DNA from: Mobula hypostoma
Lineage: Eukaryota
Direction: 5' to 3'
Length of the DNA: 64,000 nucleotides
Assembly: GCF_963921235.1 (NCBI RefSeq)
Contig: NC_086118.1
Location: 12,588,001-12,652,000 of the forward strand
The notes under the pieces were generated by a model. The model ran no database searches. It was not told the DNA's origin and saw only the letters and a list, made by a program, of their open reading frames with translations. Both the position numbers and the translations under genes were made by a program. Of this stretch, positions 1 through 12,755 are shown piece after piece. Each line of letters opens with the position of its first letter. Positions within the stretch are counted from its first letter, which is position 1.

Positions 1-654
1 TTTTCTAGTCTTTAAAATATTACCCTTTATTATTTTAATGTCTGGGAATCTTTCAGTCTTATTGATCTAGCCTTTATTATGATAGGAACATAAAATAACT
101 ATCAAAAACTCATCATTATTAAATAGTTTAGTCAAAATAATAGCATATGATTGATCTGACTATACTCTGAGAAATACAGTAATACATCAGCATTTACCAA
201 GTTAAAGTGAAGGCGTCTCACATGATTCAAGCAATTAAACTCAGCATGAATTGCTTTTAACTTCTATGTAAAAGAATTTTAGAAACAAAATTAAATTAAA
301 ATTGAATCTATTTCTCCTCATGAGGATAACACAATCCCAAATTGCAAATGCATTGGAGGAAATCATGAGAAAAATGATAATTGGAATTATGTAATGAAGC
401 AAATAAAATGAGGCTTTGTTAGAAGACAATTTGATTACTTAGCCTCTGATGTTTAAAATTTATTTTGCAGAAAATGGAGTGAAATTTATCTCAATGCAAA
501 AAGGACGATTATAAACCTGCTGTCTTGAGCTGCTCCTAGATAGGATCAAAATCTATTAACTCATACCTATTTACAGAAGCGGGGTTTGGAGACAATTTTC
601 AATCATGATCATTGTAGCTTTTGTTCTGCTTTATACATACAGAAGTTTTTATTT

Positions 655-860
655 GCTTGTTGAGATACAGCACAGAATAGGCTCTTCTGGCACTTCAAGC
701 CGAGCCACGCAACAACCCCCCAGTTTAATCCTAGCCTAATCACGGGACAATTTACAATGACCAATTTACCTACCAACCGGGTTGTCTTTGGAAGAAACCC
801 ACATGGTTACAGGAAGAATGTATAAATTCTACAGGCAGCTGCGGGAATTGAACATGCCAT
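655..860 (-). mobile_element. V-SINE/HE1-like tRNA-derived SINE, decayed
   Basis: Reverse-strand V-domain-like text (ggacaatttacaatgaccaatttacctacc...gaaacccacatggttacaggaagaatg) and B-box remnant gcgggaattgaac; same family as 58095-58315. Confidence 0.6.
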
Positions 861-3855
861 GTTGCAATTACAAAGGGGTTGAGAAAAGAGAAAGAGAAAG
901 GGGAAGGGATGTCCTTTGGACTAGTGGCTAGGGATCTACTTGGGCTTCATTCAGGAGAAGATTGATGTAGGTGGCCATGGAAATAGCTTCCTGGAGGGAC
1001 TTGGCCTATACCGTGGGGGGGGGGGGGGTGATTCTAAAACTTCCACCTAATCAATGACATGGAAATATTACAGAGGTTTCATGAGAAAAATGGAAGGTAT
1101 GCCAAAATATGCAGTGTTAGGCTGTCCTTCATTGTACTAGGGAGAGTTTTCTTCATATCACTTGAATATCCCTTCCTTGACATTCCCACACTCCTAAGGA
1201 TTCAGTTGAAAGTTATCTGTAATCAATTGTAAAAAAAAAAAGTGAAGGGATTGTGAATTATCCATTCCTGGAATCCAAGTAGTTACATGGTCTGTGAACA
1301 ATCCTTCCTCTGATATTATGAAGTATTGTTACTGAAAATTCCTGCATGTGGCAAGTGCCCATTCATTTCAGCCAATGTGTAGAAAGGCTGTTAGTGGTCA
1401 CTTGGGCCTTGTTTCACAGGAATGGAGTTTAATCCCTTTTGCTCCATTTGCAAAAAATTGTTTTATCATGACAGAGGTTATTCCCAATAAAGGAACACAG
1501 ACCTTCAATAAATTGCAGTTTGTTCGTGATGATTAGTGCTTGTTGTCCATATTATATGTAAGGTTTGACATTGGATATATTTCTTGGCACTAGCTTTGTT
1601 CTAAATTGTAAGTAATTCAAAGGCACAAAATCCCTCAGCTGACTTTTTCTTCTGGAATATTGTCAGCTCCTCAGTAGCTGACCACAAAGTATGGCTAGCC
1701 GGTTGCCTAGGCTCTTCCAAGACTGTAATTGAAATAACCACAGAATTCTCCAGTGAGTAAAGTAATCATTAATTAGCAAAAAAAATGTTGGAGAAACTCG
1801 ATGGGCCAGGCAGCATCTGTGGAAGGAATAGATAGTTGTTGTCTCAGTTGATGGATCCTGTCTGACCAATACTTTCTTGTTTTTGTTTCCTCCAGATTCC
1901 AGCACCTGCAGTCTTTCTTGTCTCTGTGATTGGCAACTACATCTCTGGTACTGTTTCTTCAGTTATTCACACTTCAGTTACTGCATAAGGACACTTCATG
2001 AATCTGGTTGATTGAAATCTATAAAGATTTCACCTTAAAAAGTTTAATGTTTCCTTTTCATGTTAAAGGCTAGACTAACAGAAGTCTTCATTTTCTACAA
2101 TCCTCCAACATAATTTACCTACTTGAAGCTGAAAATTTTTTGAAAAATATTACAATTTGGAATTATCCATTCTTTTGTTCATGATTATTGCATGGCTGGG
2201 TATTATCCTTTCCCTGATCTGAAGTTGCCTACTGTGATCTTTTCAGGCCTTTCACTACAATCAGATATTTGGGTTTTCAGGAGTATTTAAATGTAAATGT
2301 TTGCTGGAGTTGCATCACAAGAATCACCTTTAACCATGGGTCCTTGACAAATGAAGTCTGATGGACGATGATGAAGGTGCATTACCTCACCTCCACAAGT
2401 ACAACCTTGCTGACCAGGACTGGATCTCATTGAGCAGAGGCTTTAAGAAAATCTAATGAACAGTCAGATTAGCAATAACAGTCCAAGTATGGCCCACTGC
2501 TGTCTGAATGGATTTTACTCCAATCCACCCATCGTGCACCCTTCATGTCAGACCATAATACATGGAGCAGAATTAAGTCATTCAGCCCATTGAGTCTGCT
2601 CTGCCATTCCATAATAGCTGACTTATTCTTTGCCATTTTCCCAATGTGTCTAAGTCCTTCTGCATACACCCTGTTTCCTCAACACTATCTGCCTCTCCGC
2701 CTATCTTCAATTCATCTGCAAACATGGCCACAAAACCATCAGGTCCTTCATCCAAATCATTGACACATAACATGAAAAGACTTGGTCCCAGTTGGAACAC
2801 CACCAACAGTCAACCAGCAAAGGTCCCCTACATTTCCAGTCTTTGCCTCCTGCCAATCTACCAATCTCCTATCCTGCTAATATCCACTGACTCCTTTGTC
2901 TATCCTGTCAGTTATTTCCTCAAAGAATTCAAACAGGTTTGCCAGGCAAGATTTACCCTTAAGGAAACCATGCTGACTTTGGCTTACTTTGTCATATGCT
3001 TCCAAGTACCTTAAAACCTCATCCTTAATAATGGACTCCAACATTTTTCCAACCACTGAAATTGGGCTAACTGGACTATAATTTCATTTCTTCTGCCTCC
3101 CTTCCTTTTTGAAGAGTGGAGTGACACTTGCAATTTTCCAATTCTTTGGAACAATTCCAGAATCTATTGATTCTTGTAAGATTATTACTACTGCCTCAAC
3201 ATTCTATTCAACTACCACTTTCAGAACGATCTGGTCCAGGCAACTTATCTACCTTCTGACTTTTCAGCTTCCCAAACACCATCTCCTTAGTAATACTCAC
3301 TTCTCCCCAATAACTCTTGCATTTCTGGCATTCTGCTAGTGTCTTCCACAGTGAAGACTGACACAAAATAAGTTTGTCCACCATTTCTTTGTCCTCCACT
3401 ACCACCTCTCCAACATCATTTTCCGGTGGCTCGATATCCCATCTCATCTCTCTTTTATATATAGAGTATATCAGAAGAAATTTTTTGCATCCTATTTAAG
3501 ATTATTGGCTATCTTTGTATTCCTTCTTTTCCATCTTAATGACTTTGTTAGTTGCCTTCTGTCGGCCTCTAAAAACTTCCCAATCCTCCATATTCCCACA
3601 AATTTTTGCTCTATGATATGCCCTCTCTTTGGCTTTTGTGTTGGCTTTGACTTTTCCTGCTGCCACACTTGTGTCATCCTGCCTTTAGAATACTTCTTTA
3701 AGATGTATCTATCCTGCAGCTTCTGAATTCCTCCCAGAAATTCCAGCCATTACTGCTCTGCTATCATCCCAGCTAGTGTTACTTTTCAATTAATTTTGGC
3801 CAGTTCCTCTCTCATTCCCCTGTAATTCCCCTTACTCCACTGTAATACTGATACA

Positions 3856-3971
3856 ACACACATCGAAGTTGCTGGTGAACGCCTCTAGAGATGCTGCCCC
3901 TGCTGCGTTCACCAGCAACTTCGATGTGTGTTGCTTGAATTTCAGGCATCTGTAGAATTTCTCGTGTTTGC
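3856..3971 (+). mobile_element. 116-bp Penelope-derived fold-back mini-insert
   Basis: 14-bp TSD gtaatactgataca (3842-3855, 3972-3985); perfect 29-bp inverted repeat 3854-3882/3905-3933; sequence matches the 3' terminus of the Penelope at 63640-63728. Confidence 0.9.
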
Positions 3972-5360
3972 GTAATACTGATACATCTGACTTTAGTTTC
4001 TTCTCAAACTGCATGGTGAATTCTATCACATTATGATCACTGACTCCTAAGGGTTCCTTTATCTTAAGCTCCATAATCATATCTGGGTCATTACATAATA
4101 CCCAAAATCCAGAGTTGCCATTCTCCTAGTAGGCTCAACCACAAGTTGCTCTAAAAAACCATCTCATAAGCATTCTACAAATTTCCTCTCTTGGGATCTA
4201 GCACCAACCTAATTTTTCCAATTTACCTGCATGTTAAAATCCCCCATGGCCATCACAACATTGCTCTTTTTACATGCCTTTTCTACCTCCTGTTGCAATT
4301 TGTAGCCCACATCCTGGCTACTGTTCAAAGGTCTGTATATAACGCCCATTCTCGTCTTTTTACCTTGGCAGATTCTTAACTCTATCCATGAGGATTCTAC
4401 GTCTTCAGATCCCATGTCGCCACTTTCCAATGATTTGATTTCACCTTTTTACCAACAGAGCCACCCCAACCTCTTCCTATCTGCCCATCCTTTCAATACG
4501 ATGTGTATCCCTTGGATGTTAAGCTCCCGACTATGATCTTCTTTGAGCCCTGACTCAGTGATTCCCACAACAGTATACCTGGCAATCTCCAACTGTGCTA
4601 CAAGATCATCGAACTTATTCCACATACTGTGTGAATCCAAATATAAAGTCTTTAGTTCTGTATTCATCACCCTATTCAATTTTGACCCCCTCTTACACTT
4701 CAACTCATGCCACTGTCTGCAATTTTACCCTATCATCTGCCTGTCCTTCCACAGCCTCACTACCCACTGCACCTACTTGTATAGCAACTGCTTCATCCAC
4801 AGTCCTCTCACTCTGGTTCCCACCGCCTGCCCAATTACATTAGACTCTCCCAGCAGCTCTTGCCAACCTGCCTACAAAGATATTGGTCCCCCTCGGGTTC
4901 AGGAGTAACCGATTCATTTTGTACAAATCATCCCTTCTCCAGAAGAGATCCTAATGATACAGAAAGCTGAAATACTGACACTACACCAATTCCTCAGCAA
5001 CACATTCATCTACCAAATAACCCTATTCTTACCCCTCAGTGACACATGGCACAGGCAGCAATCCACAGATGATTATCTTGGAGGTCCCACTTTTCATCAT
5101 TTTTCCTAACTCCCTATAATCTCTCCAAGACCTCCACACTTTCCCTATCTCTGTCATTGGTACCAATATGCACCACAAATTCCAGCTGTTCACCCTCCTC
5201 CTTTAGCTGTTGTCCCAACCCACGCTGCCCTGACCCTGGTACCTGGGAGGCAACACACCATCTGGTTGTCCCTTTCATGTCCACAGGATCTGCTGTCTGC
5301 TTCTCTAATTATGGGATCCCCTATCACACTGCACACCCTTCTCTCCCCTTCCCTATGAGC

Positions 5361-5451
5361 CACAGACTTGGTGCCAGAGATCAGATCACAGAGTCAGACT
5401 CGGTGCCAGAGATCAGGTCACAGGTCAGACTCGGTGCCAGAGATCAGGTCA
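5361..5451. repeat. Three tandem 31-32 bp units at a SINE 3' junction
   Basis: cagact(c/t)ggtgccagagatcag(g/a)tca x3. Confidence 0.85.
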
Positions 5452-5697
5452 TTCAGGGAGGGAGGGGGGAGGGAACGTTGAACGTCGACTCAGACCATGA
5501 GAGGCCTGTGTCGGGCATTTTCATGCCTACAAGGTGCAGATTGGAAGTCTGTGTGGGGCGCCACTCCTTGCACAGACTAGAGCAATGTGTGATTAAGTGC
5601 CTTGCTCAAGGACACAAACACGTTGCCACAGCTGAGGCTCGAACCAGCGATCTTGAGATCACTAGACAAACACCTTAACCACTTAGCCACGTGCCCA
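5452..5697 (-). mobile_element. tRNA-derived SINE
   Basis: Reverse strand begins ggcacgtggctaagtggttaagg (A box)...ggttcgagcc (B box), then gtgtccttgagcaaggcacttaatcac; related copy at about 18570-18860. Confidence 0.8.
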
Positions 5698-6343
5698 CAC
5701 AAATCCAGCCTCCCCCAATAAGTCATCCATTCCACCCCCCCGCCTCAACATTATCCAAAATGGTATACTTAATATTGAGGGGAGCAACCACAGGGTAATC
5801 TGCGCTGGCTGTGCCTATTCTGTTTCCCTGTCCTGGCAGTCACTCAGGAACCTGCCTTCCTGTAACTTAGGAGCTATGGGAAGTAGTATTCCCTATCTAT
5901 CGCTTCCTCATTTTTCTGTGTGAGCCTAAGGTCATCCAAATGCAGCTCCAGTTCCTTAACAGTCTCTAAGAAGCTGCAGCTTGGTGCACTTCATGCACAT
6001 GTAGTTATCAGGGAGGCTGGTGGTCTCCCAAAGTTCTCACATTTCACACAAGGAACATACCACTAAATCTGGGCCCATTCTCAGCACACTAGCTATGTAC
6101 TTACAGAGAAAAAAAAACACTAGAAACTTATTAAGAACCTCTGCCTGTGTTTGCCCAAGCCTGTTTTGCCAAAGCCTGACCAGTGTAACACTAACCACTC
6201 ACACGCTGATCTCTCTGCTTACATCTTTATTAACCCTTGCCGAGTGCCAAATAGATTGTTACGATTACAGCCCGCAGAAAATTTCCAAAAACACCAAAGC
6301 TCTTGAAACCCTTTTTTTACCAGGCGTCTATAGAGATGTGACT

Positions 6344-7111
6344 TGTTAGCCCCTTGCTAAAGCCACTGGACTCAGTGGTGAGAAATTCACCTTTCTCAAA
6401 CTCCATATGTCCAGGGTTGGTATGACTTGGGTCCCAGCAAAACTGGGAAGTTAGGATGTCTCATCCACTCATACCCTTATCTGTGTGAATACTGTATATA
6501 TACTGCCCCCATGCAATTAGCCGTCAGCAAGAAATAGCAGAACCTACACTGCATACAATTATAAAGAAAGTATATTTACAAATCTCAGCATTATCAAACA
6601 TTGTAAGAAAAAGAAAAGAAAAAAAAAATTAAAAGGGCCCATAAGTTGGAGCTTATCTTAAAGTTGTCTTGATTTCATGCACTGGACCCATGGTTTGCGT
6701 GAAAGCACACATCATTTCCGAATGTTGCTCGAGATCCATCTCGAACAAACAGACTCCTCCACTTGAGTATTCATCATTCCTCCTTGAAGCCATTCATCTG
6801 CACAAAGCACCTTGTGCACCAGGGATGCCGTCATCAGCCAGCTTCCCTCTTGTCTCCTCCCAGCTCCCACCAAAAAGACTTCAACCCACACCAGTGTCCA
6901 TCACAAAAACCTCTCCGCCTCGCATTCTCTAGAACATTCTCCCAATTCCATCATCCTGGTAGGCTGACAAGAAATTCCTAAGTTGAACAACATAACCCCT
7001 TATCTTAAGCTCAAACCCAAACATACTAAAAGCAGAACAGAGTGCTCTTACAGAACTGCTAAAATGAAATACATACAGCATAGCAGTAATAATCTTATCT
7101 AGGGCATCACA
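6344..7111 (-). mobile_element. Probable solo LTR
   Basis: TG...CA ends (tgttagcccc / gggcatcaca) and LTR-like composition; no convincing TSD. Confidence 0.4.
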
Positions 7112-7599
7112 CTCTTTTTAAACTTCACACTGTATCACTAATGAACGTCCTCGCACAATGATTGCAGCCTGCCAAGAAGTCCCAAAAGGGCCCATGCTCT
7201 TCTTATACCTCACACTGCCTCACCAATGAATGACCTCTCATGCTGATTGCAGCTGCCTTTCCCCTCTCTTCCTGCTAAAGTACCTGATGCAAAAGCACGG
7301 ACCCTCAAGACAATATTGATGGAATAATGAATTATGAAGCACTATCTGGTAAGCATTTTAGAAGCAACACACACAAAATGCTGGAGAAACTCAGCAGGTC
7401 AGGCAGCAGCTATGAAGGGGAATAAACAGTTGGCATTTTGGACTAAGGCCCTTCATCAGGATTAGAAAGGAAAGGGGTGGAATCCAGAATGATGAGGTGG
7501 GGAGAGAAGGAATGCAAGATAGCGGGTAGTAAATGAGAACAGATGAGGATGATAATGGGTGGGTGGGAGAGGGCACATGAGGGGGGGTGGAGCTTAGGA

Positions 7600-9790
7600 G
7601 ATGATGACGCTTGGCGGCCACTCCTTTGCTTGCATATTTGGAAGCAACTCTATTTCTATCTTTAATATCTCTATTTTTCCCTTTCAACGTTCTTTTGAAG
7701 GTCCTGACCTGGAGTTACACGCTGACTTCAGTTCTTTGCGGGAATGGGACCCATTCTTGGGGTCTCACAATTGGCCGCTATTTTACATACCAAGGACGCG
7801 GCCTAGAAGACTAGCGCACCTTCAGAGTTTCGGGATTTTGTGGCTCTGGAGGCGGGCAGACTTAAGGTCGGTGCCACCGTCTGGTGCATCATGGGAGATG
7901 GAAGATCATAAGCAGCAAGCTGGCTGTATGCCCAGAGATCCAAGTTCTTTGGGCAAAGAGCTCAGAAAAAGCGATGCAACAGACTTTTAACATTGTAAAT
8001 CAGCGAGCTGTTTGTTATGTCTCCCCTCTTGCTGTGAAACGTGGAGACCTCTTTTACCCTTATTACCGAGAGAGAGAGAGAGAGAGAGAGAGAGCCTGTG
8101 GTATGTTGAAACATAGAAAATAGGTGCAGGAGTAGGCCATTCGGCCCTTCGAGCCTGCACCGCCATTCAGTATGATCATGGCTGATCATCCAACTCAGAA
8201 CCCTGTACCAGCCTTCCCTCCATACCCCCTGATCCCTTTAGCCACAAGGGCCATATCTAACTCCCTCTTAAATATAGCCAATGAACTGGCCTCAACTGTT
8301 TCCTGTGGCAAAGAATTCCACAGATTCACAACTCTCTGTGTGAAGAAGTTCTTCCTAATCTCGGTCCTAAAAGGCTTCCCCTTTATCCTCAAACTGTGAC
8401 CCCTCATTCTGGACTTCCCCAACATCGGGAACAGTCTTCCTGCATCTAGCCTGTCCAATCCCTTTAGGATTTTATACGTTTCAATCAGATCCCCCCTCAA
8501 TCTTCTAAATTCCAACGAGTATAAGCCTAGTTCATCCAGTCTTTCATCATATGAAAGTCCTGCCATCCCAGAAATCAATCTGGTGAACCTTCTTTGTACT
8601 CCCTCTATGGCAAGGATGTCTTTCCTCAGATTAGGGGACCAAAACTGCACACAATACTCCAGGTGTGGTCTCACCAAGGCCTTGTACAACTGCAGTAGTA
8701 CCTCCCTGCTCCTGTACTCGAATCCTCTCGCTATAAATGCCAGCATACCATTCGCCTTTTTCACCACCTGCTGTACCTGCATGCCCACTTTCAATGACTG
8801 GCGTATAATGACACCCAGGTCTCGTTGCACCTCCCCTTTTCCTAATCGGCCACCATTCAGATAATAATCTGTTTTCCTATTTTTGCCACCAAAGTGGATA
8901 ACTTCACATTTATCCACATTAAATTGTATCTGCCATGAATTTGCACACTCACCCAACCTGTCCAAGTCACTCTGCATCCTCTTAGCATCCTCCTCACAGC
9001 TAACACTGCCACCCAGCTTCGTGTCATCCGCAAACTTGGAGATGCTGCATTTAATTCCCTCATCCAAGTCATTAATATATATTGTAAACAACTGAGGTCC
9101 CAGCACTGAGCCTTGCGGTACCCCATTAGTCACTGCCTGCCATTCTGAAAAGGTCCCGTTTATTCCCACTCTTTGCTTTTTGTCTGCCAACCAATTCTCT
9201 ATCCACATCAATACCTTACCGCCAATACCATGTGCTTTAAGTTTGCATACTAATCTCCTGTGTGGGACCTTGTCAAAAGCCTTTTGAAAATCCAAATATA
9301 CCACATCCACTGGTTCTCCCCTATCCACTCTACCAGTTACATCCTCAAAAAATTCTATGAGATTCGTCAGACATGATTTTCCTTTCACAAATCCATGCTG
9401 ACTTTGTCCGATCATTTCACCGCTTTCCAAATGTGCTGTTATCACATCTTTGATAACTGACTCTAGCAGTTTCCCCACCACCGATGTTAGGCTAACTGGT
9501 GAATGAGTAGTCTTTAGGGTACTGCAAGTTAGTGTCTTTATTGATGCTTTATTGCACACTTGAGTGCTCGGTAGGGGTTGCCAATGCTTTTTTTGCTGGT
9601 GGGGGAGGGGGATCGTTGCTTTGCTGCTGCTTATGCGTGAGATGGGGGAGCTGGGGGGCCTTTGGGGATCTAAAATTTAACTTTCATTCATTCTTTGAGA
9701 CGCTCTTCTGTTTTCATGGAAGAAAAAAAACATTTCAGGGTGTATATTGTATTCATTTCTCTGACATTAAATGTACCTTTGAAATCTTCG
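7600..9790 (+). mobile_element. Non-coding SINE-like retroposon with internal (GA)n, interrupted by CR1
   Basis: Sequence resumes across the CR1 (gcctgtggtatgtt | gaatgagtagtcttt); 3' end attaaatgtacctttgaaatcttcgaa. Confidence 0.55.
8108..9500 (-). mobile_element. Young 5'-truncated CR1 LINE, RT frame open to the stop at 8195
   Basis: PVSLTSVVGK, QHGFVKGKSC, YLDFQKAFD, GVPQGSVLGP, KFADDTK; CR1 3' UTR and ctatgtttc tail. Confidence 0.95.
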
Positions 9791-11499
9791 AAGTAAGAAA
9801 CTGGGAGATGATAGGTGGAAATGATAGGCCAGACTGTGGCAACTCACTGCAAGGTCCCTGCCAAATTACTTCTGTTATTATTGTTCTACTCTGTCTGCGT
9901 TGTTATTGTTTTACCATAATCTTGTTTGATGCTCTGTGTAATAATGTTAGTAGTATGCGAGATAAGCTTTTCACTGCATCTTGGTAGATGTGACAACAAC
10001 AAACCAATACTGATACCAATACCAATAACAATAAAGGAGAGGAGGAGGAGGACGGGTGGGAGGTGATAGACAGGTAAGGTGAAGAGTAGATGTGGGAGGG
10101 CAAGCAGAGCAGAAGAGAGAAGGGGGAGGGAAGTGGAGAAAATTACCAGAAGTTGATATTAATGCCATTTAGTTGGAAATTACCCAGATGGAATATGATG
10201 TGTTGTTTCTCCTACTCCTACCTGAGTTTGGCCTCATTGTGGCAGTAGAGGAGGCCCAGAGTAGTCATGTCAGTATGGGAATAGGAAGTTGAAATGATGT
10301 GGGTAGACATTGGGAGTTTCTTGAAATGAAAGTGGAGTTACAGGTAGATATGTTAGTGAAGAATGAAAATCCTCAGATATTCCTGAGTCATAATAAAATC
10401 AATGATTCTTCTGCTCCTGTGATTATTCTCTTAATCGCATAGGAGTACTTTGTTTCAGAGCAATTCAGATTTTTTCATTCTTATCCTTAATGGGATGTTT
10501 GAAGCAGTTTTGCTTTTGTTTGCCTCTGTCCCCTGTGATTCCACTAATCATTGTTTCCCTGTGAGAAATTCAAATTCCAGCAGTGTGCCCAGTAACTCAT
10601 TGATGTTGTGAAGTAAATTAGTAGCTTTACATCAATATGTCAATAAATTAATTTTTAATCTTAACCGAGGAGTTAATTAATACCAGATTATTAAGGTACA
10701 GCTACAGCAGGGCTGAATGTAAAATCAGTGCAACTCCAAGCAAATAAAAATCCTGTGGAGTTTTCTGATCTGTTTCATTCAAATGTTGTTTCCAAAATAT
10801 TGCCACAAATTATATACATGAATTTCATAACAGAGCATTTCTGGATCTTTTGCAAAAGAGTTAGGCTTCAAAAGATCAGAATTATAAAAACACCCTTTTC
10901 TTCCACTTTGATGAAGGAGGATTAGAAATTTAAGAAAATCTAAAGATTTTCTTAACATCTCAAACTGATGGTGAGGCAGCTGTCAGGTCAGTGAAACCTG
11001 ACATTACAGATTTAAATAGCATTTGCCAATTTACAATGGTTGTCTAAAGCACTTAAAAATCTGATGACTTAAAGAATGAATGCTATTGTTAGCCCTTAAG
11101 GTAAGGCACAACCTGAGGTTTAGAACTTAGGTTGTGCATTTACTGACATGTTTACAACCACATAAGGAGAATCATTAAAATGAAAGTTTGCGGGAGAATT
11201 TGGAATATCGAGGAGAATCAGAAATACATTTTCAGGGAGTCTTTTAGATAATTTTAAACAAGAAAAATAGAAGTGATCTTTTAAACTGCAAACATCCTTA
11301 CAATCAGCAATGGATAACAATTTATCATTTGTCAACATTAGACTCACTGTTGCTTCAACTTCTTTATACTTTATTAATCCCTTTTTACCCAGATCCTAGA
11401 AACACTAAACACCTCAAACTTCCCAACATATGTCAAGGACAGTGATATTTTTTCACTCTCAATTCATTCTAAAGCACGTCTCTAAACACCAATGCCTTT

Positions 11500-12015
11500 G
11501 AATGGAAAATCCTACAAAAAATTGTGGATTTACCACTGGGTAAAGCTCTCCCAGCCAATAAGCATGTCTACATGAAACGCTGCCTTATTGGAAAGCAGCA
11601 TCCATCATTAGAGATTCCCATCACCCAGATCATGCTCTCTTCTCTTCTGCTGCAATCAGGTAGAATGTCCAAGGGCCTCAGTACTCACACCACTAGGTTC
11701 AAGAAAAGTTAATACCTCTAAACCATCAGGCTTTTGAATAAAAGAGGGTAACTACACTCAACTTCACTTGCCCCATTATTGAAATGTTCCCACAACTAAT
11801 GATTCCACTTTCAAGGACTCTTTATCTCATTATCTCATGTTTTCATTATTTATTGCTACTTATTGATATTTGTATTTGCATAGTTTGCACTCTGGTTGAT
11901 CTCTCATTGATGCTAGTATAGTTACGATTCTATAGATTTACTGAGAATGCCCAGAAGAAAGTGAATCTCAGGGTTGTATATGGTGACTTTGAAAATAACG
12001 TTTACTTTGAACTTT
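11500..12015 (+). mobile_element. Decayed Rex1/Babar-like LINE 3' fragment
   Basis: Decayed ORF2 end (GRMSKGLSTHTTRFKKS) followed by a 3' UTR ending ttactttgaact. Confidence 0.5.
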
Positions 12016-12073
12016 TAATTATTTCAAGAGTTATTTTATTATTTCAGCACAGAATTCTTTGTATTTTTTTTAA

Positions 12074-12755
12074 ATGCAGATCTCGGACAATCTCACCTGG
12101 TCCAGGAACACCACTGGGATTGTGAAACGGGCCCAGCAGAGATTGCACTTTCTGAGGAAGCTTAAACAAGCATCACTCCCCAATAACATCTTAACTACAT
12201 TCTACAGAGGCGTGGTTGAGAGTGTGCTGACCTTTTGCATCACAACCTGGTACTCCAGCTGCAGTGCTGTCGACAAAAAAGCCTTGCAGAGGGTGGTTAG
12301 GGGAGCAGAGAAGGTTATTGGGGTCTCCCTACCTTCTGTCCAAGACCTCTTTCGGAGTCCATGCCTCCAGAAGACACGGTACATCACTAAAGACCCCTCA
12401 CACCCTCTCCATGAACTGTTTGTTCTCTGCCATCAGGCAAATGTTACAGGAGCATCAAAACTAAAACCACAAGGCTACTAATCAGCTTCCTCCCACAGGC
12501 AGTCAGACTGCTAAATAGCTGCTCTACCTGACTTTGGACACTTTTAACTTGCACTGGACATTTATAACTTGATTTTAATTGACATGTGGCTGTTGTGTTT
12601 TACTATTTATTGTTATGTTTATTATTTAGTGTTGCGTTTGTTATGTTATGATTGCACTGCTCCTGAAGAACGCTGTCTCATTCCGCCCTGCAGAGCTGAT
12701 GTACGGTTAGAATGACAATAAAGTTTTTTGAATCTTTGAATTTTGAATCTTAATC
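12074..12755 (+). mobile_element. Rex1/Babar-like LINE 3' fragment
   Basis: ISDNLTWSRN...KRAQQRLHFLRKL...FYRGVVESVLT...DPSHPLH; aataaa and (tgaatc)-type tail. Confidence 0.85.

Larger units (their letters stand above)
2547..6090 (-). mobile_element. Old CR1 LINE with internal deletions (3' end, RT, APE endonuclease, ORF1 remnants)
   Basis: CR1 3' terminus at about 2550-2625; FADELKIGG...QKDLDTLGKW (RT); GVSDHNVI, GVIYRP, MGDFN, VVGITES (APE). Confidence 0.85.
7362..10315 (-). mobile_element. Decayed Penelope pLTR/3' fragment split by younger insertions
   Basis: pLTR start aagcaacacacacaaaatgctgg; degenerate hammerhead at 7428-7463 (ctgatga kept, GAAA mutated); GIY-YIG C-terminal remnant 10140-10315 similar to 60610-60780. 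Confidence 0.7.

Noticed and set aside
241..429. Short hydrophobic ORFs here and elsewhere (e.g. 27739-28248, 47782-48054)
   Set aside because: Explained by AT-rich composition or the antisense strand of LINEs; no homology cue.
5630..5697. tRNA gene
   Set aside because: A and B boxes are present but it continues into a SINE body and has a dispersed relative; same for about 28640-28707.
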